Shown here: positions 49,140 through 60,142 of the stretch, in pieces
Layout: every line of letters begins with the position of its first letter
How positions within the stretch are numbered: position 1 is the first letter of the stretch
From: Candidatus Eiseniibacteriota bacterium
GTDB taxonomy: Bacteria > Eisenbacteria > RBG-16-71-46
Assembly (NCBI GenBank): GCA_963725865.1
Contig: CAVSAC010000013.1
Coordinates: 1 to 60,383, forward strand
Direction: 5' to 3'
DNA length: 60,383 bases
Made by a program: the position numbers and the translations under genes
Notes under the pieces: generated by a model
The model's input: only the letters and a program-made list of their open reading frames with translations
Database searches by the model: none
What the model was told of the DNA's origin: nothing

Positions 49140-51129
49140 TCAGGCCTTTCCAGGACCGATGCCCTCGCTCCCAGACGCGGATCGGCAGGATGACCACCTG
49201 GATGCCCGAGGAACTGCAGGCGCCGCTGGATGGCGAACGACGTCTCCTGGTGCAGCGCGCGCGTGAACAGGGTCTCGCGCTGGAACACCAGCTGGCCCGT
49301 GAACACCGTACACCCCCGGAACTCGCGGTCGAGGTCGCGGCAGATGCCCTCGAGTTCCTCGACGAGGTCGGTGCCGAGCGCGTAGCGATACTCGGCGTAG
49401 TACCCCATGCGGCTGCGCCATGTCGACGTACTTCCCGAGGTCGGCGGCCACCTTGTCCTCGAGCGCCTCGTACGCTGTCGGCGCCCTTGAACTGGCCGGA
49501 GTCCACGAGGCCGACCGAGCAGAACACGATGTTCTTGAAATGCGCGGGAACATCCGCTGGATCGACAGCAGCGTGTGGAGGCCGAGGCCGTCGTAGCCCT
49601 CGACGCAGCACGATCGCGGTCGGGCCCCCGGGCTCCAGCTCGCGCTCGGGCACGGGGTCGGGGCAGCGGCAGACCGAGCAGCGAGTCGTCGAGGCCCCTT
49701 GAGCACCTCGCTGACCTGGTCGTAGTGGCCGGCGCACGAGCATGCAGGCCCCGGCGAGGACGCCGGTCACGACCAGCGTGACCCAGCCGCCCTCGCCGAA
49801 CTTCACCACCGAGGTGACCGCCAGGATGAGCGCCGTCACCAGGGTGCCGAGTCCGGCGAGCACCATGCGGCGGCGCCAGTGCGCCTCGGTGCGCCGCACC
49901 TGCCACCAGTGGCGGACCATGCCGAGCTGCGAGAGCGTGAACGTGATGAACACGTTGATCGAGTACATGACGATCAGCACGCTCACCGAGCCGCGCGTGT
50001 AGACCAGGATCGCGATGGTGGCGATGCCCATCAGCAGCACGCCGTTCTGGGTGACGAGCCGCTCGGAGAGGTGCGCGAAGCGGCTCGGCACCCAGCGGTC
50101 CACCGCCATGACGCGTGAGCGTGCGCGGGCCGTCGATGAAGCCGGTCTGCGCCGCGACGAACAGCAGCATGCCCTCGGACAGCAGCGTGATCACGACGAT
50201 CGCGGGCCCGAGATCGGCGGCCGACGCGCCAGCCCTGCGTGAGCAGTGTCCACAGCGTGGCGTTGAGCGTCAGGCCCGGCTGGTGGTGCACGTCGTGGAG
50301 CAGGTAGCAGAGCAGGATGCCGCCGGCGGTGAACGACAGCGAGGCGACATGTAGCAGCATGGTGTGGCGCGCGGTCTTCACCCGCGGCTCGCGCAGGATC
50401 GGCATGCCGTTGCTCACGGCCTCGATGCCGGTGAACGTGCCGCCGCCGAGCGAGAACGCGCGCAGGGAGATCACCAGCACGCCGAGCAGGCCGACCTCGC
50501 CGATCGCGGAGTGGGTGTCGGCGACGGTGTCGGCGACCAGATGTCCGAACGCGGGGCCGTGGGAGAAGATGCCCCAGAGGATGAGCACGACGTGCGTGAC
50601 GACGAACGCGACGAAGATGGGCATGAGCGCCTTCACCGATTCGCGCACGCCGCGCAGGTTGAGCGTCATGAGCCCGGCGATCACGAACAGCTCCGCCTCG
50701 ACCTTGGCGCCCGCGAGCTGCGGCAGGGACGAGAAGATGGCGTCGCAGCCCGAGGCGACGGAGGTGGCGACCGTGAGCATGTAGTCCACGACCAGCGCGC
50801 TGCCCGAGACCAGGCCGGCGCGGGCGCGAGCAGGCGCGAGGCCACCAGGTAGCCGCCGCCGCCGCTCGGGAACAGCTCGATGATCTGGCTGTACGAGGCC
50901 GAGATCAGCATGACGGTGCCGACGATCGCCACCGCCAGGAAGAGCGCGAGGTGCGGATGCGCGCCGAGCGCGAGGAACGCCTCCTCGGGGCCGTACGACG
51001 ACGACGACAGGCCGTCGGAGCCCAGCCCGACCCACGCGAAGAACGCCACCAGCGCGAGCTGGTGGTGGACGTTGCGGGTCGCGCAGGTTGCGGGGCGTGC
51101 CGATGAGGGCCTGCGAAGCGCTGCAGCAT
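49140..51129 (-). CDS. APC-superfamily transporter, KimA/YdaO-like (copy B); frameshifted
   Basis: [48 protein letters not shown], cytoplasmic C-domain ending ILPIRVW. Confidence 0.85.
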
Positions 51130-51141
51130 GATCGGCGCCGC

Positions 51142-53147
51142 TCAGGCGGCGCTGTTCCGCTCCCAGACGCGGATCGGCAGGATGATCACCTGCATTCCGC
51201 GCGAACTGGAGGCGGCGCTGGATCGAGAAGGCCGTCTCGTGGTGCAGGCTGCGCGTGAACAGCGTCTCGCGCTGGAACACCAGCTGGCCGGCGAACACCA
51301 TGCTGCGCCGGAACTCCTTGATCGAGGTCGAGGCAGATGTGCTCGAGCTCCTCGATCAGGTCGGTGCCGAGCGTGAAGCGGTACTCGGAGTAGTAGCCCA
51401 TCTTCTGGCCGAGCGTCCACGTACTGCTCGAGGTCGGCGCGCACCTTCTCCTCGAGCGCCTGCACGCTCTCGGTGCCCTTGAACTGGCCCGAGTCCACGA
51501 GGCCGACCGAGCAGAACACGATGTTCTTGAAGTGGCGCGGGAACATGCGCTGCACCGACAGCAGCGTGTGGATGCCGAGCCCGGCGTAGGACTCCACGAG
51601 CACGATCGCGGTCGGGCCCGTCGGGCGCCAGGTCGGGGACGCTCTCGGGCTCGGGCAACGGCAGGTCGGTGAGCACGTCGTCGAGCGCCGCGCAGCACGC
51701 CGCGCACGTGCTGGTAGTGGCGCGCGCACGATGAAGCAGAACGCCGACCAACGCCCCGGTCACGGCCAGCGTGACCCAGCCGCCCTCGCTGAACTTGATC
51801 ATCGCGGTCACCACCAGGATGCCGCCGGTCACCGCCGTGCCGAGGCGGCGACGAGCAGGCGGCGGCGCCAGTGCGGCTGCGTCCGCGCGCACCTCCCACC
51901 AGTGCCGCACCATGCCGAGCTGCGACAGCGTGAACGTGAGGAACACGTTGATCGAGTACATGACGATCAGGATCTTCACCGCGCCGCGGGTGTAGAGAGC
52001 ATCAGCGCCGCCGCCGCGCCCATCGTGATGATGCCGTTCTGGGTCACCAGCCGCTCGGACAGGTGCGCGAAGCGCTTGGGCACCCAGTGGTCCACGGCCA
52101 TGGCGGCGAGCGTGCGCGGGCCGGCGACGAAGCCGGTCTGCGCGGCGACGAACAGCAGCGCGCCCTCGCGAGAGCAGCGTGATCACGACGACCAGCGGGC
52201 CCGAGCGGCGAAGCCGCCGAGTGCCAGTCGCGGGTCAGCGTCTCCCACAGCACGGCGTTGAGCGTCTTGCCCTCGTGTGGCCGATGCCGGTGAGCAGGTA
52301 GCACGAGCAGGATGCCGCCCGCCGTGAACGACAGCGAGAGCGCCATGTAGAGCATGGTCTTCTTGCCGGTCTCGACGCGCGGCTCGCGCAGGATGGCGGT
52401 GCTGTTGCTCACCGCCTCGATGCCGGTGAACGTGCCGCCGCCGAGCGAGAACGCCTTCAGGAAGACGAGATCACGCCGAGCAGCCCGAGCTCCGCGACCG
52501 CGCTGCGCGTGTCGCGCACGGTGTCGCCGAGCAGGTGGGGCAGCGCGGTGGAGTGGCCGAGGAGCCGTAGACGATCAGCACGACGTGGGTGATCACGAAC
52601 GCGACGAAGATCGGGCATCAGCACCGGCACGGATTCCTTGACGCCGCGCAGGTTGAGCCCGGTGAGCCCGACGACGATCAGCAGCTCGACGCCGAGCTTG
52701 AACAGCCGCGAGCCCGGCGGGCAGGAACGAGAAGATGGCGTCGCAGCCCGAGGCGATCGAGATCGCGATGGTGAGCACGTAGTCCACCACCAGCGCCGCG
52801 CCCGAGATCACGCCCGGGTGGTGCCGAGCAGCTTGGTCGCCACCAGGTAGCCGCCGCCGCCGCTCGGGAACAGCTCGATGATCTGGCTGTACGAGGCCGA
52901 GATCAGGAAGACGGTGAGCACGGTGGCGACCGTCAGGTAGAGTGCGAGGTGCTGGTGCGAGCCCAGAGGGAGGAACGCCTCCTCGGGACCGTACGACGAG
53001 GAGGAAAGCCCGTCCGACCCCAGTCCGACCCACGCGAAGAACGCGATCAGGGCGAGAGTGTGATGGATCTGCGGGTCGAGGAGGTTCTTGGGACGCCCGA
53101 TGAGGAGTTCCCGCAGGCGGCAGGGCGTCCCGCAATCGATCGAGCAC
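51142..53147 (-). CDS. APC-superfamily transporter, KimA/YdaO-like (copy A); frameshifted
   Basis: [51 protein letters not shown]. Confidence 0.85.
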
Positions 53148-53190
53148 CGAGGGAAGCTAGGGGATTGCCCGGGGCGAAGCAAGCCGGCCT

Positions 53191-54806
53191 ATGTCGGCCC
53201 CGTGAGCCCGCTTCAGCTTGCTTTCCCTACTGGCGATCACCGCGGCGGCGATGGCCGCCCCGGGGGATCCGCCCCATCCGCCGGCCGGGTGGTCGCGGCC
53301 CCGCCGCGGCGGCCGGCGACGGCCGCGGCCCGTGCGGTGCCCGCGTTCACGCTGTTCGGCTGGGTGAGCCCGCCGCTCGAATCCACCACCGCCACCCGCT
53401 ACGCCGAGCTGGCCGGCGCGGCATGTCACCGGTGCTGCGCCGTGAACGACACGTCCATCGAGGGCCGCACCGCCGACAACCTGCACCGCCTCGACCTGGC
53501 CGCGGCGAGCGGCATGCGCGCGCTGGTGTGGGACGCGCGCCTCTCACGGCTGCAGACCGTGGACCCGCTCCGAGCGAGGGCACCGCGCTCATCGACACCG
53601 TCGTGGCCTGCTACGCGCGGCCCCGCGGGTTGCTCGGCTACTACCTCGGCGACGAGCCGCCGCGCGAGCGAGTTCGACCTCCAGGCCCGCCTGCACGTCG
53701 CGCTCGCGCGCGCGCGATCCGCGCGCACTCGCCTGGAACAACCTGCGCGGCCGTGGGCGTTCCCCAGCCGCGACGCGTGGCTGGCGTACCTGCGCGACTA
53801 CGTCGCGCGCGCGCGCCCCGACGTGCTGTGCGACGACCAGTACGACTTCGTCGACGGGGCGACCGCGAGCAGTTCGTCGAGAACGTCGCCGGGCTCGCGG
53901 CGGTCGCGCGCGAGAGCGGGCTGCCGTTCTGGGGCATCGTGCTGCTGGTGCAGCACGGGCCGTTCCGCCAGCTCACGCCCGGCGAGCTGGCGTGGCAGAT
54001 CTCGAAGCGGCTCGCCTACGGCGCGCGCGGCATCGGCTACTTCACGTACTGGACCCCGCCCGCGGTGGGGGACTTCATCAACAGCGTCGCGCTCATCGGC
54101 CGCGACGGCGCGCACGGCCCGCTGTACGACGCGGTGTCGCGCCGCGCAACGCGCGCTGCGCGCGCTGGGCGAGACCCTGGCGCGCCTGACCTGGCTCGCC
54201 ACCGAGCACGCCGGATCGGTGTCCGCCCGGGGGTACCGCGTTCGCGCCCGACGCACTGGATCGCCGCGGTCGAGGGCCGCGCGACGCTGGGACAGTTCGC
54301 CGACGCCGACGGCGGGCGCTACCTGCTGGTGGCGAACGCCGACTCCGCCACGGCGCGCACCCTCGTGCTCACGCTGCCGCATGCGCAGCGCGTCGACACG
54401 CTCGCCGCCGCGCTCGACGCCTGGGCGCCGGTGGCGAGTGCGCCTGGCGAGGGTGGCGCGCGCGTCGCCCTCGCGCTCGCCGCGGGGGAGTGCGCGCTGC
54501 TGCGCGTCGGCGGCGACTTCGGCGCGATGCGCGCCGGCGCCGGCCCGGCGCTGCTGGCGTGGCCGAGTCCCGCGCGGGGCAGCGTGCGCCTGAGCTACCA
54601 GGGTCTCGGCCTGCGCGGCCGGCTCGAGGTGCTCGATGCCGGCGGACGTCGCGTGTGGCAGACGCGGCCGCGGCGAGGGCGCCGGCCTGGTGCGCTGGGA
54701 CGGCGCGCGCGAGTCCGGCGGTGTCGCGGCGCCGGGCGTGTACTTCGCGCGCTTCGAGGACGCCCGCGGCGTGGCGGCCGCGCGCATCGTCTGGCTGGGC
54801 CGGTGA
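53191..54806 (+). CDS. Secreted protein with GH-like (TIM-barrel) domain and C-terminal FlgD-Ig-like domain; frameshifted, start uncertain
   Basis: [33 protein letters not shown], then [23 protein letters not shown] across frames. Confidence 0.65.
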
Positions 54807-55529
54807 GCGTCGCCCGGCCGCGCTCGCTCGCCGCCATCGCCCGCGAGATCGTGGCGTGCGAAGCGTGCCCGCGGCTGCGCCAGCACTGCACCCGCATCGC
54901 CATCGAGAAGAAGCGCGAGTTCCGCGACCAGGACTACTGGGGCCGGCCGGTGCCGGGATTCGGCGATGCGGACGCGCGCCTGCTGGTGGTGGGGCTGGCG
55001 CCCGCGGCGCACGGCGGCAACCGCACCGGGCGCGTGTTCACCGGCGACTCGAGCGGCGACTGGCTCTACGAGGCGCTCCATCGCTTCGGCTTCGCGAGCC
55101 AGCCCGAGAGCGTCGGCCGCGACGACGGCCTGCGCCTGCTCGGCGCCTACGTCACCGCCGCCGGCCGCTGCGCGCCGCCCGACAACAAGCCCACGCGCGA
55201 CGGAGCTCGAGCGCTGCCGGCCATTCCTCGCTGCCGAGTGTGCGGCCTTGCGCGAGGTGCGCGTGGTGATCGCGCTCGGCGGCATCGGCCACGAGGCATG
55301 GCTCAAGGCCTCCGGCTGGTGGGCGCGACTCGCGCCCCGCGGGCGCCCGCGCTTCGCGCACGGCGCGGAGACCCGGCTCGAGGGTGTGACGCTGCTCGCC
55401 TCGTACCATCCGAGCCGCCAGAACACCAACACCGGCCGGCTCACGCGAGCGATGTGGCACGCGGTCTTCCGCCGCGCCCGCACGCTGGTGGACGGCGAGA
55501 GCCAGGCCCGGCGCTACTCGAAGAAGTAG
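54803..55529 (+). CDS. Uracil-DNA glycosylase family 5 (UdgB-like, Fe-S); frameshift near 55200
   Basis: [60 protein letters not shown]. Confidence 0.92.
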
Positions 55530-55978
55530 CCTTCCATCAGGCGCGTCACCCACTCCGGCACGCGCGCATCGCCGCGGAGGTCGAACGCCGGCACGTAGGG
55601 CTTGAGATCGAGCACCGGCGTGCCGTCCACCGCGTCGAGCCCGCGCACCACCACGCCTCCGGGCTCGACGCGCACCAGGCTCGCCGCGGTCACGCCGATG
55701 GGGTTGGGGCGGTTGCTGCCGCGCTGGGCGAACACGCCGAGCATCGGCATGTCGCCACGCCCGCGCGGACGGCGCTGGATGCGCACCGGTTCGCCGGTGT
55801 CGCGGTGCATGAAGAACACCACCAGCACGTGCGAGAACTCCGCGAGCCCCACGACGCCTTCCACGAACTCCTCGCTCAGTTCGATCACCGACTCGACCGA
55901 GCCCCACCCGAAGTCGTCCTGCACGTCCTTCCGCGAGTTCCGCACCCGCCCGATCACCTTCAACGAGATGGAATCCAT
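55514..55978 (-). CDS. tsaA: tRNA (N6-threonylcarbamoyladenosine(37)-N6)-methyltransferase TrmO/TsaA family
   Basis: [38 protein letters not shown]. Confidence 0.85.
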   Translation of the reverse strand: MDSISLKVIGRVRNSRKDVQDDFGWGSVESVIELSEEFVEGVVGLAEFSHVLVVFFMHRDTGEPVRIQRRPRGRGDMPMLGVFAQRGSNRPNPIGVTAASLVRVEPGGVVVRGLDAVDGTPVLDLKPYVPAFDLRGDARVPEWVTRLMEGYFFE

Positions 55979-56001
55979 GCGTGCAGGTTAGCACCGGCGA
56001 A

Positions 56002-56265
56002 GCGCCGCCACCGCGCGGGCACGGATGCTGCCCGTGGCCCGCGCCGCCACCGCGCGGGGGGCGCCCCGGGAAGGGTCGCTTCGTCTCGGGCTTCCTGCCC
56101 TCGACTTCGCTGCGTTCGCTCGGTGCGCGGCATCCTGCCGCGCACCGGCTCACGATCCCTTCCCGTTGCGCTCCCCGCGCGGTGGCGGCGCTGAGCTGCA
56201 CGGAGGCAGTCGCGTTCGCCGTCACACGCGCGCGACCGGCGACCCTTCCCGCTGCGCGCCCCGCG
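56002..56265. repeat. Composite palindromic intergenic element (MITE/BIME-like)
   Basis: 18-mer gcgccgccaccgcgcggg at 56002 and 56041, inverted at 56174-56191; internal perfect 12-bp hairpin 56121-56147; extra arm copy 56240-56265. Confidence 0.7.
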
Positions 56266-56339
56266 AGCACCGGCGCGAGGCACGTGCGAACATCGCGCTT
56301 GACGCCTCCGCCGTCGTGCATCATGTTGCGCGTGACATC

Positions 56340-56497
56340 TTCCGGGTGCCCGCACGTCGTGGGTAAAAGGGAAGAGGGGTGAGAATCCCCCACGGTCCCG
56401 CCACTGTGAAGGCCCCCAGGATCCTCGAACGCCACTGGCCCCTCGGGCTGGGAAGGCGAGGATCCGCACGGTCCTGAGTCAGGAAACCTGCCCGGAA
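56340..56497 (+). ncRNA. Cobalamin riboswitch
   Basis: ggtgccc..aaagggaa..ggtgagaatcc..cccgccactgtga..gccactgg..gggaagg..gagtcaggaaacctgcc, with P1 ttccggg/cccggaa; upstream of a TonB-dependent receptor. Confidence 0.95.
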
Positions 56498-56619
56498 GTC
56501 ATGCCCGTCACGCTTCGAGAGAGAGCGTCGAGGGTGAGCACGGCGTCCGTCCTGGCCCGGCCTCCCGAGATCCCCTCTCGCGCAGCCGGGCCTTCTCGAT
56601 CCAGAGCGCGAGAGACGCC

Positions 56620-58641
56620 GTGATCGGACACCTGACATTCCTGCTCGTGCTGGCCGTCGCACCCGCCTCGTCGCCGGCTGCGCGAGACTCGGTGTACGTG
56701 CTGCCCGAGGTGCGCGTCGACCGCGAGCGCGCGCCGCTCGAGGGCGCGCGCCGCCGCCAGCCCACCGGCTTCGTCACCGACCTGCCCGCGGGCGCGCGCG
56801 GCCGCGCGCTCGAGTCGCTTTCAGAGGTGATGAGCGCCGCCGCCGGCATCCACGTGGTCCAGTACGGTGGCCTCGGCGCGTTCAGCACCGTGTCGCTGCG
56901 CGGCGCCCCCGCGGGCCAGGTCGCGGTCTATCTCGATGGGGCGCCCATCACCTCGGCGGCGCACGGGGTGGTGAACCTCGCCGATCTGCCGATCACCGCG
57001 CTGGAGCGCGTCGAGGTCTACCGCGGTGGCGCGCCGCTGGGCCTCGGCAGCGTCGGGCCGGGGGGGGCGATCAACCTGATCACGGTGGCCGCGCCGCGCC
57101 TGATGGACGCGCGGGTGGCGCGAGGCTCGTTCGGCACCTGGGAGGGTCGCGCCACCGCCGGGACCCGGCGCGGCACGCTCTCGGCGCTGCTCCATCTCGG
57201 CTACCAGGGCTCGCGTGGCGACTTCCGCTTCGCCGACGACAACGGCACGCCGTTCAATCCAGCCGACGACAGCCTGAGCGCGCGCGTCAACAACCGCTTC
57301 GACGCCGCCACGCTGCTCGGCAACCTGACCTGGCGGCCCGGTGCGCGCACGCGGGTGACGCTGCGTGAGGACGTCTTCCACAAGGCACAGGGCCTGCCCG
57401 GGCTGGGCGCGGTGCCGGCGCGCAATGCGCGGCTCGCGTTCCTGCGCGCGCTCACCCAGCTCGAGGCCGAGCGCGAGCCCGGCCGGCTCGCGCCCGCGGT
57501 GCGGGTCCGCGCCTCGCTCCAGCACGAGCGCTCGCGTCTCGAGGACCGTGCGCGCTTCGGCGAGCTCGGGCTCGGCCGCCACGACACCGACGACCGTTTC
57601 GCGGGCCAGGACGCCGCGCTGGCGCTGCAGTGGCCCGCGCTGCCGCTGGGGCTGGCGCTCGAGGGCGGCGGCTCGGTGCGCTCCGAGCGCGCCATGCTCG
57701 CCGATGCCGCCGACCCGTTCAAGGACCCGCCCCCGAGCACGCGCCGCAGCCTCGGCGCCACCGTAGGGCTGCAGTGGCGCGCCCCGGGCGAGCGACTGCT
57801 CCTGCGCGCCGGCCAGCGCTGGGACCGGCTGCGCGACCAGCGCCGCACCAGCGGCGTGGGCGACCGCGTCACGGCGCTCGACGTGACCCGCACGCTCGCC
57901 GCCCCGCAGCTGGGCGCGCGCCTGACCGTGGGCCGCGGCGTCGAGCTGCGCGGCAACTGGTCCGACGCCCAGCGCGCGCCCGACTTCCTCGAGCTGTTCG
58001 GCAACCAGGGCTTCGTGGTCGGCAACCCAGCGCTGCGGCCCGAGCGCAACCCGAGCTGGGACGCCGGTGCGGCATGGAGCGGCGCGCTGCGCCGCGCGCA
58101 CGCCACGCTGGAGTGGGCGCACTACCAGTCGCGCCCGCGCGACCTGATCCAGTACGCGCGCCTGTCGCAAAGCTACGTGCGCGCCACCAACGTCTCGCGG
58201 GCCAGCATCCGCGGCGAGGAGCTGACGGCGCGGCTCGCGCTGCCGGGCGGGGTGGTGCTGCTCGGCAACTCCACCTGGCAGTCGGCGATCGACGAGAGCG
58301 ACGTGGCCTACCTGCGCGGCAAGCGTCTGCCGCAGCGCCCGGCGCGCCAGGGCTACCTGCGACTCGACGCACCCGCCGGGCGGCTGCGCGTGATGGCCGA
58401 CGTGCAGGCGATGGGGGACAACCTGCTCGACCCCTACAACCGCATGCGCGTCTCGAGCCGTACCCTGGTCGGCGCCTCGCTCGGCTGGCAGCTGCTGCGC
58501 GAGCGCCTGCTCGTCACCGTCGAAGGCAAGAATCTCACTGACCGCCACGTCGCCGATGTGGCAGGATTCCCGCTCCCCGGCCGCAGCGTGTTCCTCGCCT
58601 GCGAGACCCACCTCGGTCCGGCGGAGCCCATCCGACGCTAG
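56620..58641 (+). CDS. btuB: TonB-dependent receptor, vitamin B12 transporter-like
   Basis: Plug motifs SLRG..VYLDG..LERVEVYRG..GGAINLIT; RAPDFLELF, GNPALRPE, NLTD, FPLPGRS; downstream of the B12 riboswitch. Confidence 0.82.
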   Translation: MIGHLTFLLVLAVAPASSPAARDSVYVLPEVRVDRERAPLEGARRRQPTGFVTDLPAGARGRALESLSEVMSAAAGIHVVQYGGLGAFSTVSLRGAPAGQVAVYLDGAPITSAAHGVVNLADLPITALERVEVYRGGAPLGLGSVGPGGAINLITVAAPRLMDARVARGSFGTWEGRATAGTRRGTLSALLHLGYQGSRGDFRFADDNGTPFNPADDSLSARVNNRFDAATLLGNLTWRPGARTRVTLREDVFHKAQGLPGLGAVPARNARLAFLRALTQLEAEREPGRLAPAVRVRASLQHERSRLEDRARFGELGLGRHDTDDRFAGQDAALALQWPALPLGLALEGGGSVRSERAMLADAADPFKDPPPSTRRSLGATVGLQWRAPGERLLLRAGQRWDRLRDQRRTSGVGDRVTALDVTRTLAAPQLGARLTVGRGVELRGNWSDAQRAPDFLELFGNQGFVVGNPALRPERNPSWDAGAAWSGALRRAHATLEWAHYQSRPRDLIQYARLSQSYVRATNVSRASIRGEELTARLALPGGVVLLGNSTWQSAIDESDVAYLRGKRLPQRPARQGYLRLDAPAGRLRVMADVQAMGDNLLDPYNRMRVSSRTLVGASLGWQLLRERLLVTVEGKNLTDRHVADVAGFPLPGRSVFLACETHLGPAEPIRR

Positions 58642-58651
58642 GAAGGACACC

Positions 58652-60097
58652 ATGCACCGTGCTCTGCTCGCGTCCTTCGTGCTCCTCGCGCTACTCCCGA
58701 GGGTGGGCTCCGCCAGTCCGATCGAGTCGAAGGCCTACGTCATCACCTCCGACTTCACCACCGGCGCGCTGAGCGCCGCCGACCTCGCCAGCCGCGCGGT
58801 GGCCTCCGACGTGGCGAGTGTCCACTCCGACGCCACGCTGCGCTGGTGGGGCGGCCGGCTCTACGTGGTCAATCGCTTCGGCCAGGACAACATCCAGGTC
58901 ATCGATCCGACCTCGGGCTACGCCACCCTGCGCCAGTTCTCGACCGGCAACGGCTCCAACCCCCAGGACATCGCGATAGTGTCCGCCACCAAGGCGTACG
59001 TGTCGTGCCTGGGGCTGGCGCAGCTGCTGATCGTGAACCCGGCGGCGGGCGCGGTGACCGGCTCGATCCCGCTCGCGCGCTTCGCCGACGCCGATGGCCT
59101 GCCCGAGGCCTCGCGCATGGCGCTGGTGGATGGCCGCCTGTTCGTGGCGCTGCAGAGGCTGGTGGACTTCGCCGCCACCGAGACCAGCCTGGTGGCGGTG
59201 ATCGACACCGAGGCCGACACCGTGCTCGACGTGGACCCGGGCCGGCCGGGGGTGCAGGCGATCCCGCTGGTGGGCCGCAATCCCGTCACCACGCTCGAGT
59301 ACGACCGTTTCGGCGGCCGGCTGCTGATCGGCTGCGCGGGCGCCTACGGCGTGCTCGACGGCGGCATCGAAGCCATCCCGGTGGTGCCCACCGGCGACAT
59401 CATCGTGCCCGGAGCGCCGCTCTTCGCCAGCGCCGGCTACGTCATCACCGAACAGGCGCTGGGCGGCGACATTGGCGACATCGCCTGCCTGCTGCCGGGC
59501 CACTCGTACGCCATCGTCAGCGACGCGAGCTTCGATGCCTCGGTGGTGTCGTGGAGCGCCGTCACCGGGCAGAAGCTCGCGACGGTGTACAAGCCCGGTG
59601 GCTTCAGCCTGCCCGACATGGCGGTCAGCCTGTCCCGCGACGAGCTGTGGGTCTGCGATTCGCGGCCGGTCTCGCCCGGCCTGCGCGTGTTCCGCTGTGG
59701 GACCGACGCTCTCATCGCCGGCCCACTCGCCACCGGGTTGCCGCCCCAGCAGATCGTCTTCGACCGCGATGACGTCACCCCCACGGTCGACGTGGCCGGT
59801 ATGCCGGACGCGGGCGGTGCATGTCTCGCGCTCTCGTCGCCCTGGCCGAATCCCTCGCGCCAGGACGTGACTCTGACCCTGCGCATGCCGCGCCCCGGGG
59901 AACTCGAGGTCGCGGTGTTCGATGCCGCGGGGCGGCGCGTGCGCCAGCTCGCCAGCGGCGCTCGCGCTGCGGGGAAAGAGCAACTGAAATGGGATCTTCG
60001 CGACGATAAGGGGAACCGTGTCGGCGCGGGGGTGTATCTCGTCCGTGCCCGGATGGGCGACATGTCCACCGCAGGCAAAATCGTCGCCGTACGCTGA
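58652..60097 (+). CDS. Secreted YncE/BtuG-like beta-propeller protein with C-terminal FlgD-Ig/T9SS-A-like domain
   Basis: AGGAAGG RBS; signal MHRALLASFV..GSA; LYVVNR..NIQVID, NPQDI..KAYVS; CTD PWPNP..FDAAGRRVRQL..WDLRDDKG..GVYLVR. Confidence 0.8.
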   Translation: MHRALLASFVLLALLPRVGSASPIESKAYVITSDFTTGALSAADLASRAVASDVASVHSDATLRWWGGRLYVVNRFGQDNIQVIDPTSGYATLRQFSTGNGSNPQDIAIVSATKAYVSCLGLAQLLIVNPAAGAVTGSIPLARFADADGLPEASRMALVDGRLFVALQRLVDFAATETSLVAVIDTEADTVLDVDPGRPGVQAIPLVGRNPVTTLEYDRFGGRLLIGCAGAYGVLDGGIEAIPVVPTGDIIVPGAPLFASAGYVITEQALGGDIGDIACLLPGHSYAIVSDASFDASVVSWSAVTGQKLATVYKPGGFSLPDMAVSLSRDELWVCDSRPVSPGLRVFRCGTDALIAGPLATGLPPQQIVFDRDDVTPTVDVAGMPDAGGACLALSSPWPNPSRQDVTLTLRMPRPGELEVAVFDAAGRRVRQLASGARAAGKEQLKWDLRDDKGNRVGAGVYLVRARMGDMSTAGKIVAVR

Positions 60098-60142
60098 TTC
60101 GTCTTGGAATCCGGGCGGCACCACCGCTAGATTAGGCCCGAC

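Noticed and set aside
53148..53200. c-di-AMP (ydaO) riboswitch before the KimA-like genes
   Set aside because: Only ~45 bp separate the divergent genes; no room or motif
55514..55529. 16-bp convergent overlap of udgB and tsaA
   Set aside because: Short tail-to-tail overlaps are common and carry no evident signal
52949..56194. 1081-aa ORF
   Set aside because: Patchwork of GH-like and UDG fragments plus antisense tsaA; stops are rare at this GC content
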